A stretch of 64,000 nt of DNA. Origin: Strigamia acuminata. Lineage: Eukaryota. Positions 37,914 through 49,623 of the stretch are shown here, piece after piece. The stretch is from the NCBI GenBank assembly GCA_949358305.1, contig OX442314.1:10478001-10542000 (forward strand). The letters run 5' to 3'. The number at the start of each line of letters is the position of its first letter. The stretch's first letter is position 1. Under the pieces are notes generated by a model that saw only the letters and a program-made list of their open reading frames with translations, was not told the DNA's origin and did no database searches. The translations under genes were made by a program, and so were the position numbers.

Positions 37914-39071
37914 TGTTGTTATGTAGCTGAAAGCACGATTGTTACATGACAACACGATTGGAGAACTGGAAGAAGTTAGTTTATTCAATTCACTTTGCGG
38001 GGTTATATACCCAAAATACACTCGAACGTCGCATGGACGTTTCTGGTCAGTTCGACCAATAGGGTTGGACTGACCGTACAGACTGGCGGGAATGTTTGAT
38101 ATTCCAACACACCCACTCAAACCTTTACGCTTTGTTCGTGGATTCCATCGATTTTCAATTGTCTTCGTCGTGTTTTTTGTCCAATACGACCGGAACAGTC
38201 TTGTGCTCCTTTTTCAGTCGTCCTGTTTCACCACTTTTTACGAGCGTCCGACTTCCGGGCCCTCCGAACTGTTGAGGAACGTCTGGTACGGTTTCCGCGA
38301 CTTCCGGTACGATTTCGTTATCGTTGTCGTGATTTTCGTCCAATCTTTCTCCTCGTCTTCGAACACTTTGGCCTCCGTTTTTGCGCATCCGGATCCCTTT
38401 TTGATCTTTTTGGGTGCGTCGGACACGACATCGGCGACTTTGGGTACGATTTCGGGATCTTTCTCCTCGTTTTCAGACTCTTCGGTTTCCGTTATATGTC
38501 GAATTTTGGTCTCGATCCATTTTCGCGTTTTTCGTGCACAACATGCGGCTTTCAGCTGCAGCTTCCATCCACGGTAGTCTATATCGTTCCACTTCTCCAC
38601 TCTTGCATGATCGGCCATTTGTTTCGATTTATTTCGATTTTCCAGGTTTCGATTTAACAAGATCTTAGTTACATGGACCCTGCATGATCGGCCATCGTTT
38701 TCGATTTATTTCGATTTTCCCGGCTTCGATTTAACAAGATCTTAGTTACATGGACCCTGCATGATCGGCCCATCATTTTCGATTTATTTCGATTTTCCCG
38801 GCTTCGATTTAACAACGTGGAAAAAAGCGATTGCGATTAGTAATAGCGCAGTGGAAGCGTGCTGGGCCCATAACCTGTTGTTATGTAGCTGAAAGCACGA
38901 TTGTTACATGACAACACGATTGGAGAACTGGAAGAAGTTAGTTTATTCAATTCACTTTGCGGGGTTATATACCCAAAATACACTCGAACGTCGCATGGAC
39001 GTTTCTGGTCAGTTCGACCAATAGGGTTGGACTGATCGTACAGACTGGCGGGAATGTTTGATATTCCAACA
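37914..39071 (-). mobile_element. Miniature (TRIM-like) Copia-derived LTR element, 1158 bp
   Basis: 196-bp LTRs at 37914-38109 and 38876-39071 (one mismatch seen), 5-bp TSD AGTAG, half-tRNA-iMet PBS GGTTATGGGCCCAG..., PPT TTGAGTGGGTG, copia gag start (WNDIDYRGWKLQL). Confidence 0.93.
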
Positions 39072-39207
39072 AGTAGGAGGTACTATTAGTTTAAATTAAA
39101 TAAGAAATATTACTCCCAAATTAGGAGTGTAATTGAAACAAACATTACACCGCCCCCCCCCTTAATAAATAAACTTAATTAACATTAATTTTTTTTATAC
39201 ATTTTAC

Positions 39208-39800
39208 CTGGAAGTTTCCCTAAGACATTGCGGATTCAAACACCAAAATACTTTTCCTTTGACGTTTGTCATAATTGCGGAGAACGAACGTAGTGGACAC
39301 ACTCAATATTATCAATGCGCTGTTCCTCTTTAGCCATGATTAAAAAAGCCGAAAAAAATCACGTTTGATAAAACTTTCTTCAGGTCCACTACTGAGTACA
39401 CTTCTCGGCAATCTGGGTGAAGGCAATCGATCTTAGGTCTCGGCCTGGTGCCGTATGCAATTTTGACAAAACCAGTGGGTGGTCGGGCACTTACTAAATC
39501 GGTTAACTGTCCCAAAGCGTATAATATGAAGCATGACTGTTTCCAAATCAATTTGGTGCACAAACGGATATTTAGTGACCACATAACTTCTTACATGCGA
39601 TTCATACAAAGGACACTCGCGTCTGTTATTGTCGTTGAAATAACTTTCTAAATTCGGATATAATTCCAAAAATTCCTCCACTTCTAAATCCCTGCAATAC
39701 AAAAAAAAATTAAATGAAAATTAAATATTAAAAATTAATTTATTAATTTTTTAGCAAAAGAAAACCTGTTTCTATTTGTCCGCTGGATTGAATTCATCCT
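39208..39800 (-). pseudogene. RNF216-like copy B, internally deleted
   Basis: LEVEEFLELYPNLESYF...CPTTHWFCQNC...CLHPDC, with frameshifts and stops. Confidence 0.7.
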
Positions 39801-39839
39801 TACACTCCTTGAAAATTACTGCAAAACAGCAGGAAACTG

Positions 39840-40470
39840 ACTATTGCAACTACCACACCACTGTAGAAAATGATAGAATAAAACCAACGAAAACAACTGG
39901 ACACGACGCGACAATTGACAAACGCACCACCACCAGCGCCACGACACTTTTCTCTTACTGCTCTGAGGTCACTTTCGGTTGTTGTCTCGACGGAGTCTCC
40001 GCAGCCAAAGGACCCGACTACGAAGGTTGTCCCAAACACGGTTGCTTCCCGGACTGCTGGACCCCCGCCAAAGATGAAAAGTACCTGGGTTGTGACTACA
40101 ACAAATCGGACTCCACTTGCAGGGACTCGCTCTTCGGGTGCTGTCCGGACGACTCAACAACGGCTGTGGCGGCGGCGAGGCCATCGAATCTTCGAGGGAA
40201 GACTGCCAGACTTCGACGTTGGGTTGCTACCCCGGCTCCACCACTCCGGGTGCGGGCTAGACTCCGGACATGACGGATTGTCCCGGAAACATCATTTCGC
40301 CGGAGTTCTTCGACGAGGTCGAGGACGACTGCTTTAAGTCGAAATTCGGTTGTTGTCTGGATTTGCTCAAGGGAGCGTTGGGTGTTAATGGAGAGGGGAG
40401 TCTGTATATCGATACCGCCCATTTTAGACTGTGAGCCAGATTGATGAACAACTGTCGACCTCGATGCTTC
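39840..40470 (+). pseudogene. Papilin Cys-rich repeat fragment, inverted relative to the other papilin pieces
   Basis: TFGCCLDGVSAAKGPDYEGC and SLFGCCPDD, frameshifted; homologous to 42800-43220 on the opposite strand. Confidence 0.85.
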
Positions 40471-40799
40471 CATGTTATTTTACAAGTTTTTTAGATCATT
40501 TTCTTTCTTTTTTTCTTTCTTTTCTTTCTTTTTTCTTTATTTCTAAAAAAAATGATATTTTTTTCTTTTTAATTGTGAAAAACAGCATTCAGGATGTGTT
40601 ACCATTTTTCTCTGTTGTTGAGGAGAAACAAGTTGAACGATATTTATTGTCTTAGATGTTTTTTTTTTTTTTTTTTTTTGACATGTTTTTTATTTTTTAT
40701 TGTTTATTTTTTTCAATCTCAATTATTGCATTTAGAAATAAAAAATAGTTTGAAGTTCTTACTTGTTAATTATTTCCTAGAAGTATTTTTATCAGCATT

Positions 40800-41179
40800 G
40801 AAGCGATGTGACCATCATTTTGTATTTTTTTAATGATCACAACGTATAGATCAAACCCGTTTAGCGAACTCCAACAATGTGATCATGTTGGAATGGAATC
40901 TATAAAATTAAATTCTTCTTCTATTTATCTTTTAAAAGCACTCACTTGTCATTTGAAATCTTTAGTGTATGCGAGCATATGCGACTGAAACATGGCTACT
41001 AAGTTTGGGATTCTGCTCGTCAGGATGCACTTGTGCGCGTGTAGTCGGCCGTCGTTGCATTCGATGATCACGTCAGTGTGTGTGTTTTTCTCAGGTTGTT
41101 TAGGTTGGTGATTAGAGCGTCTATCTGCTCGTCTGGCAAGTCGGCCATTTCTTCGTGAATTTAAGTTTAAGCTTGACAT
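40800..41179 (-). pseudogene. BTB/POZ domain gene fragment
   Basis: HTDVIIECNDGRLHAHKCILTSRIPNLVAMF matches the BTB N-terminal signature. Confidence 0.6.
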
Positions 41180-41281
41180 TTACTCTTTAATTAACACAAT
41201 ACCCAAATTTTTTTCAATTTATTTCAATTTATTTCGTACTGATTTTCAGTATTTGTTTACACGGCGATAACGATGCTGGTG

Positions 41282-42360
41282 CTATTGCTGCTGCTGCTGC
41301 TGTTGTTGTTGTTGTTGTTGTTGTTGCTGCTGTTGCTGTTGTTGTTGATTAACAATTATGTTAGCCTGTGTCATGAAACCGGACACCTGTTGTTGATACA
41401 GGTTAGCTGAAATAAAACAAAGTGGGAGAATGTTGTGAGCTGGTGAATGCAACGGCTGCTGCGTACACAACAATTTTGTTTTTTGGTTTTTGAAAAATTG
41501 ACGTGGCCAAACACACATGGGTTTGGGCTCGAACATGCTGAAATTGACTATTGGTTTAGAAACTGGCCTATGAAATGAATTGAACTGGTTAAGTAAATCA
41601 AATTGAAACATGATGCTGGCTTCATTAAATCCTCTTTGAGCAGTTCTTCAGTTTTACAAAAATCACAGCTGACCAATTCGTTTTTGTTCCGCGCTGTTGT
41701 AATCTTTTCTTGGTGCTTGGTCTCCTTCAGTTGTCGAAATTCTATGGGTTAAATTAAATTTCATACCACTTTTTTTTTTTAATTACACATTTTCGAATGT
41801 GTCAATGTTTTCCACATAAAATTTTTCTTTCTCAAATAGTGGACAAATTTCTGTTGGAACGGTGACGGTTTTACTCTTCTGGCGAAATTTCTTGGATCTC
41901 AGTGAAAGCTCCGCTTCCACAACCAACCTGGCTCTCTTGTTTAACGGTTCTGCAATTAATTTTTTTATTATTAACACTAGAACAACCAGACCATGATCGG
42001 TACAGCTGTTTACAACCCAATGGGTTTACAATGCTATTATTTTATTACTTTTGCTGATTTATGATGCTTTACATCATAAATCAGCAAACTTGGAATTTTT
42101 CTTAAAAATAATTTAAAAAAAGAGAATTTACCGTGTTTGTCGTGTTTTCTTTTCATTCAATTACCATCACTGGATGAAACCACCTTCACGATGGGAGTTA
42201 AGATGTAACCGTGGGTTTGCATGACTGTTTTCAAGTCATTTTGGTGCACATAAGGATATTTGGTCACTACATAACTTACTACATGCAATTCATATAAAGC
42301 ACTCTCGCTTCTTTTATCGTGGTTAAAATAACTTTCTAAATTTGGATACAATTTCAAAAA
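41282..42360 (-). pseudogene. RNF216-like copy C with polyQ exon, deleted
   Basis: LYPNLESYF..., ICPLFEKEKFYVENIDTFEN, ELVSCDFC, ANLYQQQVSGF plus polyQ; paralogous to copy A. Confidence 0.7.
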
Positions 42361-42799
42361 TTCCTAAAATTCCTAAAACTCGCATCATCTATTCCGAAAT
42401 AAATCAAATTTAAAACAAACATTAAAAAAATAAAATGAGTGTGCTCTCGAGATCACCTAGATTCCATTCTGTTTACCACTGTTAGAAATTTATGACATGT
42501 TAACATTGTTTTGAGTTTGTAGCACGCCCCGCGCATTTTTATTTTTGCAATAAAACGAACGAGGGCTGCAGGAAATGTTGCTTTTTATTCTTCACTATGT
42601 CGTTATTACAAGAATAATTATTTACAATTGACCAGTGGTTTTAAAATCATTATTTTTTTAAAAGTAAAAGGTATAATACTTTAAAATATATATATATATG
42701 GTATATTAACTCATCATGCAAAAATGTATTTTTCGTTTTGAAAACCTGAGTTTGGATCCAACATTTACCAATTTTAGGGGCAAGCTTGGCAGACCTCGC

Positions 42800-44870
42800 C
42801 TCAACATTAAATGCCGCAGCCGTCGAACGCAGGGCCTTTGGCCGTTGTTGAGCCGTCCGGACAGCACCCGAAGAGCGAATCCCTGCAAGTGGAGTCCGAT
42901 TCGTCGTAGTCGCAGCCCACAAAGTTTTCTCCTTCGGCGGGGGTCCAGCCGTCCAGGCAGCAACCGTGCTTGGAGGTCTCGCAAGTCTCGAACGGATCGG
43001 GACAACCTTCGTAGTTTGGTCCTTTGGCTGCGGAGACTCCGTCGGGACAACAACCGAAAGTGAAGTCGGAGCAGTCGGAGAAAGGTGTCATGGCGCCTGT
43101 GGTGGTGCCATTTTGGATTGTCGTGTCGTGTACGGTTGTTTTCGTTGGTTTTATTGTATCATATTCTACCGTAGTTGTCGTTGCAATAGTCGATTCCAGT
43201 TCGGTATTTGAGCTTTTGGCTGAAAATAGATGAGATTGACTCATGCAGGACCATGCAGTCGTGTTTGGGAGCGCAAATAAAGAGAAAAATTAAAATCCAA
43301 ACAGATCGGCCATTACGGGCAGCAAGGAACGTCCACAAAATGATGTCACACTGGGAAAACTTACTGAAAAAATTGCGGGCGATGCACACTTGGTGGCACT
43401 CTTTCTTGCTCTCAAAACGGTTTCCGTTCCCACCGCATCCGCCGTACACAAAACGTTTGCATTCCTTATCGGCCAGGTTGTAGTACCATCTGGGAAACTT
43501 TTCCAAGCACCGTCCGCGATCGTACTGCAGCGAACAATCATCTAAATTTAAAAAATAAAGTAATAAATAAAAAAAATAATTTTTTTCGTTGTACCGTGTC
43601 CTTTAAACTCTCCGCACGCGCGTATGCAGCTTTCTTCGGACACAAATCGGTTTTTGTTTCCGCCGCAGCCACCAATCGCGAATGGCTTGCACAAACGTTC
43701 CTGTCGGTCGAAGTACCATCTGAACATTGTCAATTTACACGGTCCGGGATTAAGTGGCAACGTGCACGGATCAGCGTTGACCCCGGTCCGCTTGGATGAC
43801 GATTCCACGGTCCTCTTTTTGCACCGCGCCTCACAATCGTGCAGACTGTGGAACTGATTCCCGGAATAGCCGAACACAAATTCCTCGCATTGGTCCATCT
43901 GGGGATTGAAGGACCACTGGTAAAACTGGCCTCGGCAGGGCTCCGGGTCTTCGGCCAGTTGGAAAATTTCTAAATAAATTAAAAATCCAATTAATCTTAC
44001 CGTATTGGAATTATTTTGTGTAAGTATAGCCCTAATGATTGTTATCCGCCGGGTCGTGGTAATATGTTTCCCCAAACACGGCCCGCGGATTACATTAACA
44101 ACATTTTCGTTTTAGCATACCGGTACACTATATCCTTTGAATTTGCGCCGCACCGGAGTTGTCAACATTCATCGGACACAAATCTGTTTATGTTTGGAGA
44201 AAATGCATTTTTTAAGCAATAAACTTGACTCATTACGAGCTAAAATCCAATTTTATGCACAAAACTGCACTCGTTTGCACAGAAATGCACATTCTAAGCT
44301 AATATTTGACTATTTAAGCTGCAAAACAGCCATTTTAAGCCACGATTTGACCATTTTATGTACAAAAAGGTACTATTTAAACCTAAATTTGACCTTTTTT
44401 TAAGTATAACAATTAACAACCGAGAACTTTTACAAAATGAATTCTTTAAATTCAAGAAATCCATTTTACACGTGAAAAACTAATCTGTCTTGCTGCTAGC
44501 GATGCCAAACTATTAATATATTCCTGTAATCTCTGGCTACTTTTTGGAATTCATCCTTTAGACATTCATTGTCTAATTTATACCTTCGACAATAAGGCGC
44601 GTGTGTTTTTCAGCCGGTGTTCCGTAACCGCTATCGGCCACACAGGTGAAAAGACCAGCATCCGATGGCAGAACGTCTTGTATCTCGAGATAATCTTGAA
44701 TAAATTGTATCCGTACGTCGTCGATGACGAGTTGCTTTCCATCTTTGATCCAGTAAACGAAAGGCCGCGGTCCTCCGTGCACGATGCACGGAATTCGAGC
44801 CGTGTTGTTAATACGAACTCGCACCTCCGCGTCTAGCAGATCAATCCGCGGCGACGAACGACCTGCAACA
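42800..44870 (-). pseudogene. Papilin fragments: Ig, Kunitz x3, Cys-rich repeats
   Basis: Kunitz motifs (GPCK...WYFD...GGCGGNKNRF), Ig I-set (RIPCIVHG...DAGLFTC) and FGCCPDG repeats, with frameshifts and non-canonical order. Confidence 0.85.
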
Positions 44871-45564
44871 ATGTCACACAAAATTAACAAAAAAGATTAA
44901 TTTTACCCAACCAAACAAACGAGCAACAAAATGCTCGTTTTACATTTTTATTCGTGAAGACCCTGGGAAAAAAAACCGAAAAACTTTGTGAATGAAAGCA
45001 CTTCCCACGTTCGAGGGAAGTAAAAATAAACAAAAAAATTAATAAATTAAAAAAATAAAAAATGCATACCACTCAAACTGATTTCCTTTCCATTTCCATC
45101 CGCAAAAAGTGCCCCAAATAAAAATAAAAATAAAAATCCCAACACCTTGGCCATTACCACGTCGCAATTTTATTATCTGAAATGATCAAATAAACTTGTT
45201 TTTTTCACGGTCGCATCGAGATCGAGAGATGTTCATCAGACCGGCTCACAGTCTGAAGTGCGCGGTCAATTATATGTGATTGACCCATGCAGGGCCATGC
45301 AGGCGTGTTTTGGAGCGCAAATAAAGAAAAAAATTAAAATCTAAACAGATCGGCCATTACAGGCACACTGTGAAACTGACTGAAAAAATTGGGTTCGACA
45401 CCTTTGCTCGCACTCTTTCTTGCTCTGAAAACCTATTCTCACCTAACTTGACCTAACTTAACCTTAACTGTTTTATTATGTGTAAAAGTAAATTGTTATT
45501 TCCATTACAAATAACTCGTCACAAGGGCGTTTGCAACTCTTGACATTTTTACTCGTGAAAAACC

Positions 45565-46255
45565 TCCCAAGAGAAATTTCCAAGGGTCCCCCAAGAGAAA
45601 TCTTTAAGGGTCTCCAAGGGAAATTCCCAAGGATCTCTCAAAGGAAATCCCCAAGGATCCTCCAAGGAAAATCCTCTAGGGTCTCCTAAGAAAAATCCTC
45701 AAGGGTTCCTCAAGGAAAATCCCCAAGGGTCCCCCAAGGAAAATCTCTAAGGGTCCCCTAAGGGAAATCTCCAAGGGTTCCTCAAGGGAAATCCCCAAGG
45801 GCCCCCCAAGGAAAATCTGCAAAGGTCTCCCTAGAGAAATTTCTAAAATTCTTCCAAGGGTCCCCCAAAGGAAATCTCTAAGGGTCCCCCAAGGGAAATC
45901 TCCAAGGGAAATTCCCAAGGATCTCTCAAAGGAAATCCCCATTGATCTCCTAAGGAAAATCCCCAAGGATCCTCCAAGGAAAATCCCTTAGGGTCTCCTA
46001 AAAAAAATCCTCAAGGGTTCCTCAAGAGAAATCCCCAAGGGTCCCCCAAGAAAAATCTCCAAGGATTCCCCAAAAGAAATTTCCAAGGGTCCCCCAAGAG
46101 AAATCTCTTAGGGTCCCCCACAGGAAATCTCGAAGGGTCCCCCAGGGGAAATCTCCAAGGATTCCCCAGGGAAAATCTCCAAGGATTCCCCAGGGGAAAT
46201 CTCCAAGGATTTCCCAGGGGAAATCTCTAAGGATCCCTTATGGAAAATTTCCAAG
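45565..46255. repeat. ~23-24 bp minisatellite (ccaagggtcccccaaggaaaatct)
   Basis: About 29 degenerate tandem units. Confidence 0.9.
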
Positions 46256-46400
46256 GGAGCAAGTTGGCTCCTTTTGACAAACACTCATTTAGGAATAATT
46301 GGCCCTTCTTGTGCGAAGAAGCATCGAATACTATATGTAATTTGGTCGTCACTCGTTCTTCTTTGACCACAGGCCTATGTGGCTTGTAGTAAACGGGGTC
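46255..46400 (-). mobile_element. BEL/Pao reverse transcriptase fragment
   Basis: YYKPHRPVVKEERVTTKLHIVFDAS...LNECLSKGANLLP matches the BEL/Pao YxPHxxV...TTKLRxVFDAS...LNxCLxxGPNL motif. Confidence 0.85.
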
Positions 46401-46404
46401 GTGA

Positions 46405-46560
46405 ACTGTGGTGACCAAGAAGAGAAAAGAAGTAAAGATCTACGTTTGAGGATTTTTGTATTTTTATTTTTTCAAGAAAAGAGCCAGGGCTGCAGGAACT
46501 GCTGCTTTTTATTGTTCACTATGTCGTTATTAAAGGAAAAATTACTTACAATTGAACAGT
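46405..46560 (+). pseudogene. Duplicated DDX23 3' end (last ~14 codons plus 3' UTR)
   Basis: actgtggtgaccaagaagagaaaagaagtaaagatctacgtttga matches 25179-25223, and the match continues into the UTR. A UTR-only copy lies at about 42535-42625. Confidence 0.85.
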
Positions 46561-46679
46561 AATTACAAAATCATTGTTTTTTTAAAAGTAAAAAGTATAA
46601 AACTACAGAGAAAAAAAAAATGTAAACTCATCGTGCGAAAATGTGCTTTTCGCTTGAAAACCCGAGTTTGGATCCAACG

Positions 46680-49337
46680 GCACGACTTCTTCCTTCAAAC
46701 TCGTGCCGAGTTCTCTACCGACAGGACCATCCTCGTTACCTAGCCGCAGGAGCATCCTCCGACGGAGTATTCGCGAACTCGTCGTAGTAATAATACGCCT
46801 CTTCCAAATCGTTTGCGGCTGTGGTGGTGCCTTTTTCGATTGTCATGTCGTGTCCGGTTGTTTTCGTTGGTTTTATTGTATCTCTTTCTACAGTGGTGGT
46901 CGTTGTAATAGTCGATTCCCGTTCGTAACCGGCAGGGTTTGAGTCTTTGGCTGAAAATGAAAACTAATTAGATGAGATTGACTCATGCAGGACCATGCAG
47001 TCGTGTTTGGGAGCGCAAATAAAGATAAAAATTAAAATCCAAACAGATCGGCCATTACGGGCAGCTAGGAACGTCCACAAAATAACGTCACACTGCGAAA
47101 ACTTACTGAAAAAATTGCGGACGATGCACACTTGCTCGCACTCTTTCTTGCTCACAAAACGGTTCGCGTTCCCACTGCATCCGCTGTACACAAAACTCTT
47201 GCATTCATTGTCGGCCAGGTTGTAGTACCATCTGGGGAGCTTTCCCAAGCATCGCCCGCGATCGTACTGCAGTGAACAATCATCTAAATTTAAAAAATGA
47301 AGTAATAAATAAAAAAAATAATTTGTTTTCGCTGTACCGTGTCCTTTAAACTCTCCGCACGCGTGTTTGCAGCTTTCTTCGGACATAAATCGGTTTGTGT
47401 TTCCGCCGCAGCCACCAAACACGAATAGCTTGCACGAACGTTCGTGTCCGTCGAAGTACCAGCTGAAGACTGTCGATTGACACGGTCCGGGATCACGTGG
47501 CAACGTGCACGGATCGGCGCTGACCCCTGTCTGCTCGGACGACGACTCCAGGGTCGTCTTTTTACACCGCGCCTGACAATCGTCCAAACTGTTGAACCGA
47601 TTCCCGTTGCCCAAGCAACCGCCGAATACAAACTCCTCGCATTGGTCCGTCTGGGGATTGAAGTACCACCGCTTAAAATTCCTGCTGCAGGGCCCCACCA
47701 CTTTGGGGAGTTCGCAAATTTCTAAACAAATAAAACGTTCATTTAATTTTACATTTTTGCTCTTGAAAAACTCGAAAAAACAGAAAAACCTTGCGAATGG
47801 AAACACTTTTGCTCGCATTCTTGTCTCGTTTCGAACCGGTTGTTGTTGCCATTGCAGCCGCTGTAGTGGAATTGTTCGCACACACCCGTGTCCTTCTTGT
47901 AGTACCATTTAATGGTACTGTCGTCGCAACGGCCATACGCCTTGTCCAAATGGCAATCCTCTATAAAAAAAAATCAAATTTTAAATTTTCAAACGTTTTA
48001 TATCGATTAAAATGGATTTTTACCTAATTTAAATTCTTCGGTGGTCGTTATTTTCACACCGCATCGATGCTGACACTGTTGTAAAGATTCGAAGCGATTA
48101 GTGTTTCCTTGGCATCCACCGTAAGTGAATGAGTTACACTGCGCTTCGAAAATGTTGTAATACCATCGGGTGAAATGGCCGCTGCATGGCCCGACCTCTT
48201 TCGGCAGTAAACACGCATCTACTCATTTCATTTTATATTAAATAAAATATAGAATTTTTTATCATTAAAATAAAAAAAAATGAAAATAAGTTGTTTTTCA
48301 AGTGACCTTTTTCGTTTCTCGAGGCACATTGTTGAATACAGTCCCGTTCGCTGGGGAAATTGTTCCGGTTTCCTTTGCAGCCGCCATAGCGGAATTCTTT
48401 GCACATCACTTCGTCTTTGTCGAAATACCACCTGGCGAAATTTTGATCGCATGGTCCCTCGAGTTTCGGTAACAAACACGGATCTAAATATAAATAAATA
48501 AAAAATTAAGCTAAATTGATCAAATTTAAAATACCAATAAGCCAATTTTTAACCTTCGACTTGCGTGTGCGCGCATGTTCGTTCACACTCTTCTTGCGTC
48601 GCGAAACGATTGTTATTCCCCAGACATCCGCCGTAAAAAAACTGACCACACTGACCACTCGGTACATCGTAATACCAAGTTACAGTATGAGTATCACAAG
48701 GCCCGGGCACTTTCGGAAGTTGACATGCATCTAAAAACGCCAAAAGAAAATCAAAAACCGCAAAAGAAATCGGAAAAACGCAAAAGAAATCGAAAAAACG
48801 CAAAAGAAATCGAAAAAATGCAAAATAAATCGAAAAAAGCAAAATAAATCGAAAAAACGCAAAAGAAAATTTAAAAACGCAAAATAAATGGTAAAATACG
48901 CAAAATAAATTTAAAAAACTCAAAAGAAATTTAAAAAACGCAAAATAAATGAAAAAAACAACAAATACTCACTCATTCCTTCCGGAATGACACAAACTTC
49001 CTCGCATTCTTCTTGACTATCAAATCGATTATCGTTTCCTTCGCATCCCCCGTACCAAAACCTCGCACATCCTCCATAATCCATATCAAACTGCCATTTC
49101 ACCGTGAAATTACTACACGACCCTCGATCCACCACCAATCCGCACACAACCCCCGTCTTCATCGACCCAGGCATCGGTGGCCTCTCTTTGCATCCCTCGT
49201 ACTGCAGCCCGGTCGCCGCCGAAACTCCATCCGGACAACACCCGAACCTCGTATTCCCGCACTCGCACCCCTTCTCGTCCTTCCCTCTCTCAAACTGGCC
49301 TCGGCAGGGCTCCGGGTCTTCGGCCGGTTGAAAAATT
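46680..49337 (-). pseudogene. Papilin block: Cys-rich repeat plus about 8 Kunitz domains and acidic segment
   Basis: Consecutive GT-AG Kunitz exons (e.g. CARFWYGGCEGNDNRF, CGQFFYGGCLGNNNRF, CKEFRYGGCKGNRNNF) lying downstream of the PLAC stop codon. Confidence 0.88.
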
Positions 49338-49623
49338 TCTAAATAAATAAAAAATCCAATTACCGTATTTTACCGAATAAGAGTCGCACTCGAATTGTAG
49401 CCGCCCTCGAATAGTAGCCGCGGTCGAGATAGGCGACTTGATATAATACTACATTTTTTTAAAAAAAAAAACAAATTGTAAACTCGTCGTGCGAAAATGT
49501 GCTTTTCGCTTTGAAAACCCGAGTTTGGATGCATTTCGTGCAACATTTATCAATTTTCATAAAATCGAGAAACAGGAAAAAACAGAAAAAAGCAATTTTT
49601 TGATTATATGTTTGTTTTGCTTA

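Noticed and set aside
38846..38875. tRNA-Met gene
   Set aside because: Only the 5' half is present and it abuts an LTR, so it is a primer-binding site.
45565..46255. CRISPR-like array (also 21560-22190, 27300-27565, 50150-50610)
   Set aside because: Head-to-tail minisatellites without unique spacers, in a eukaryotic context with no cas genes.
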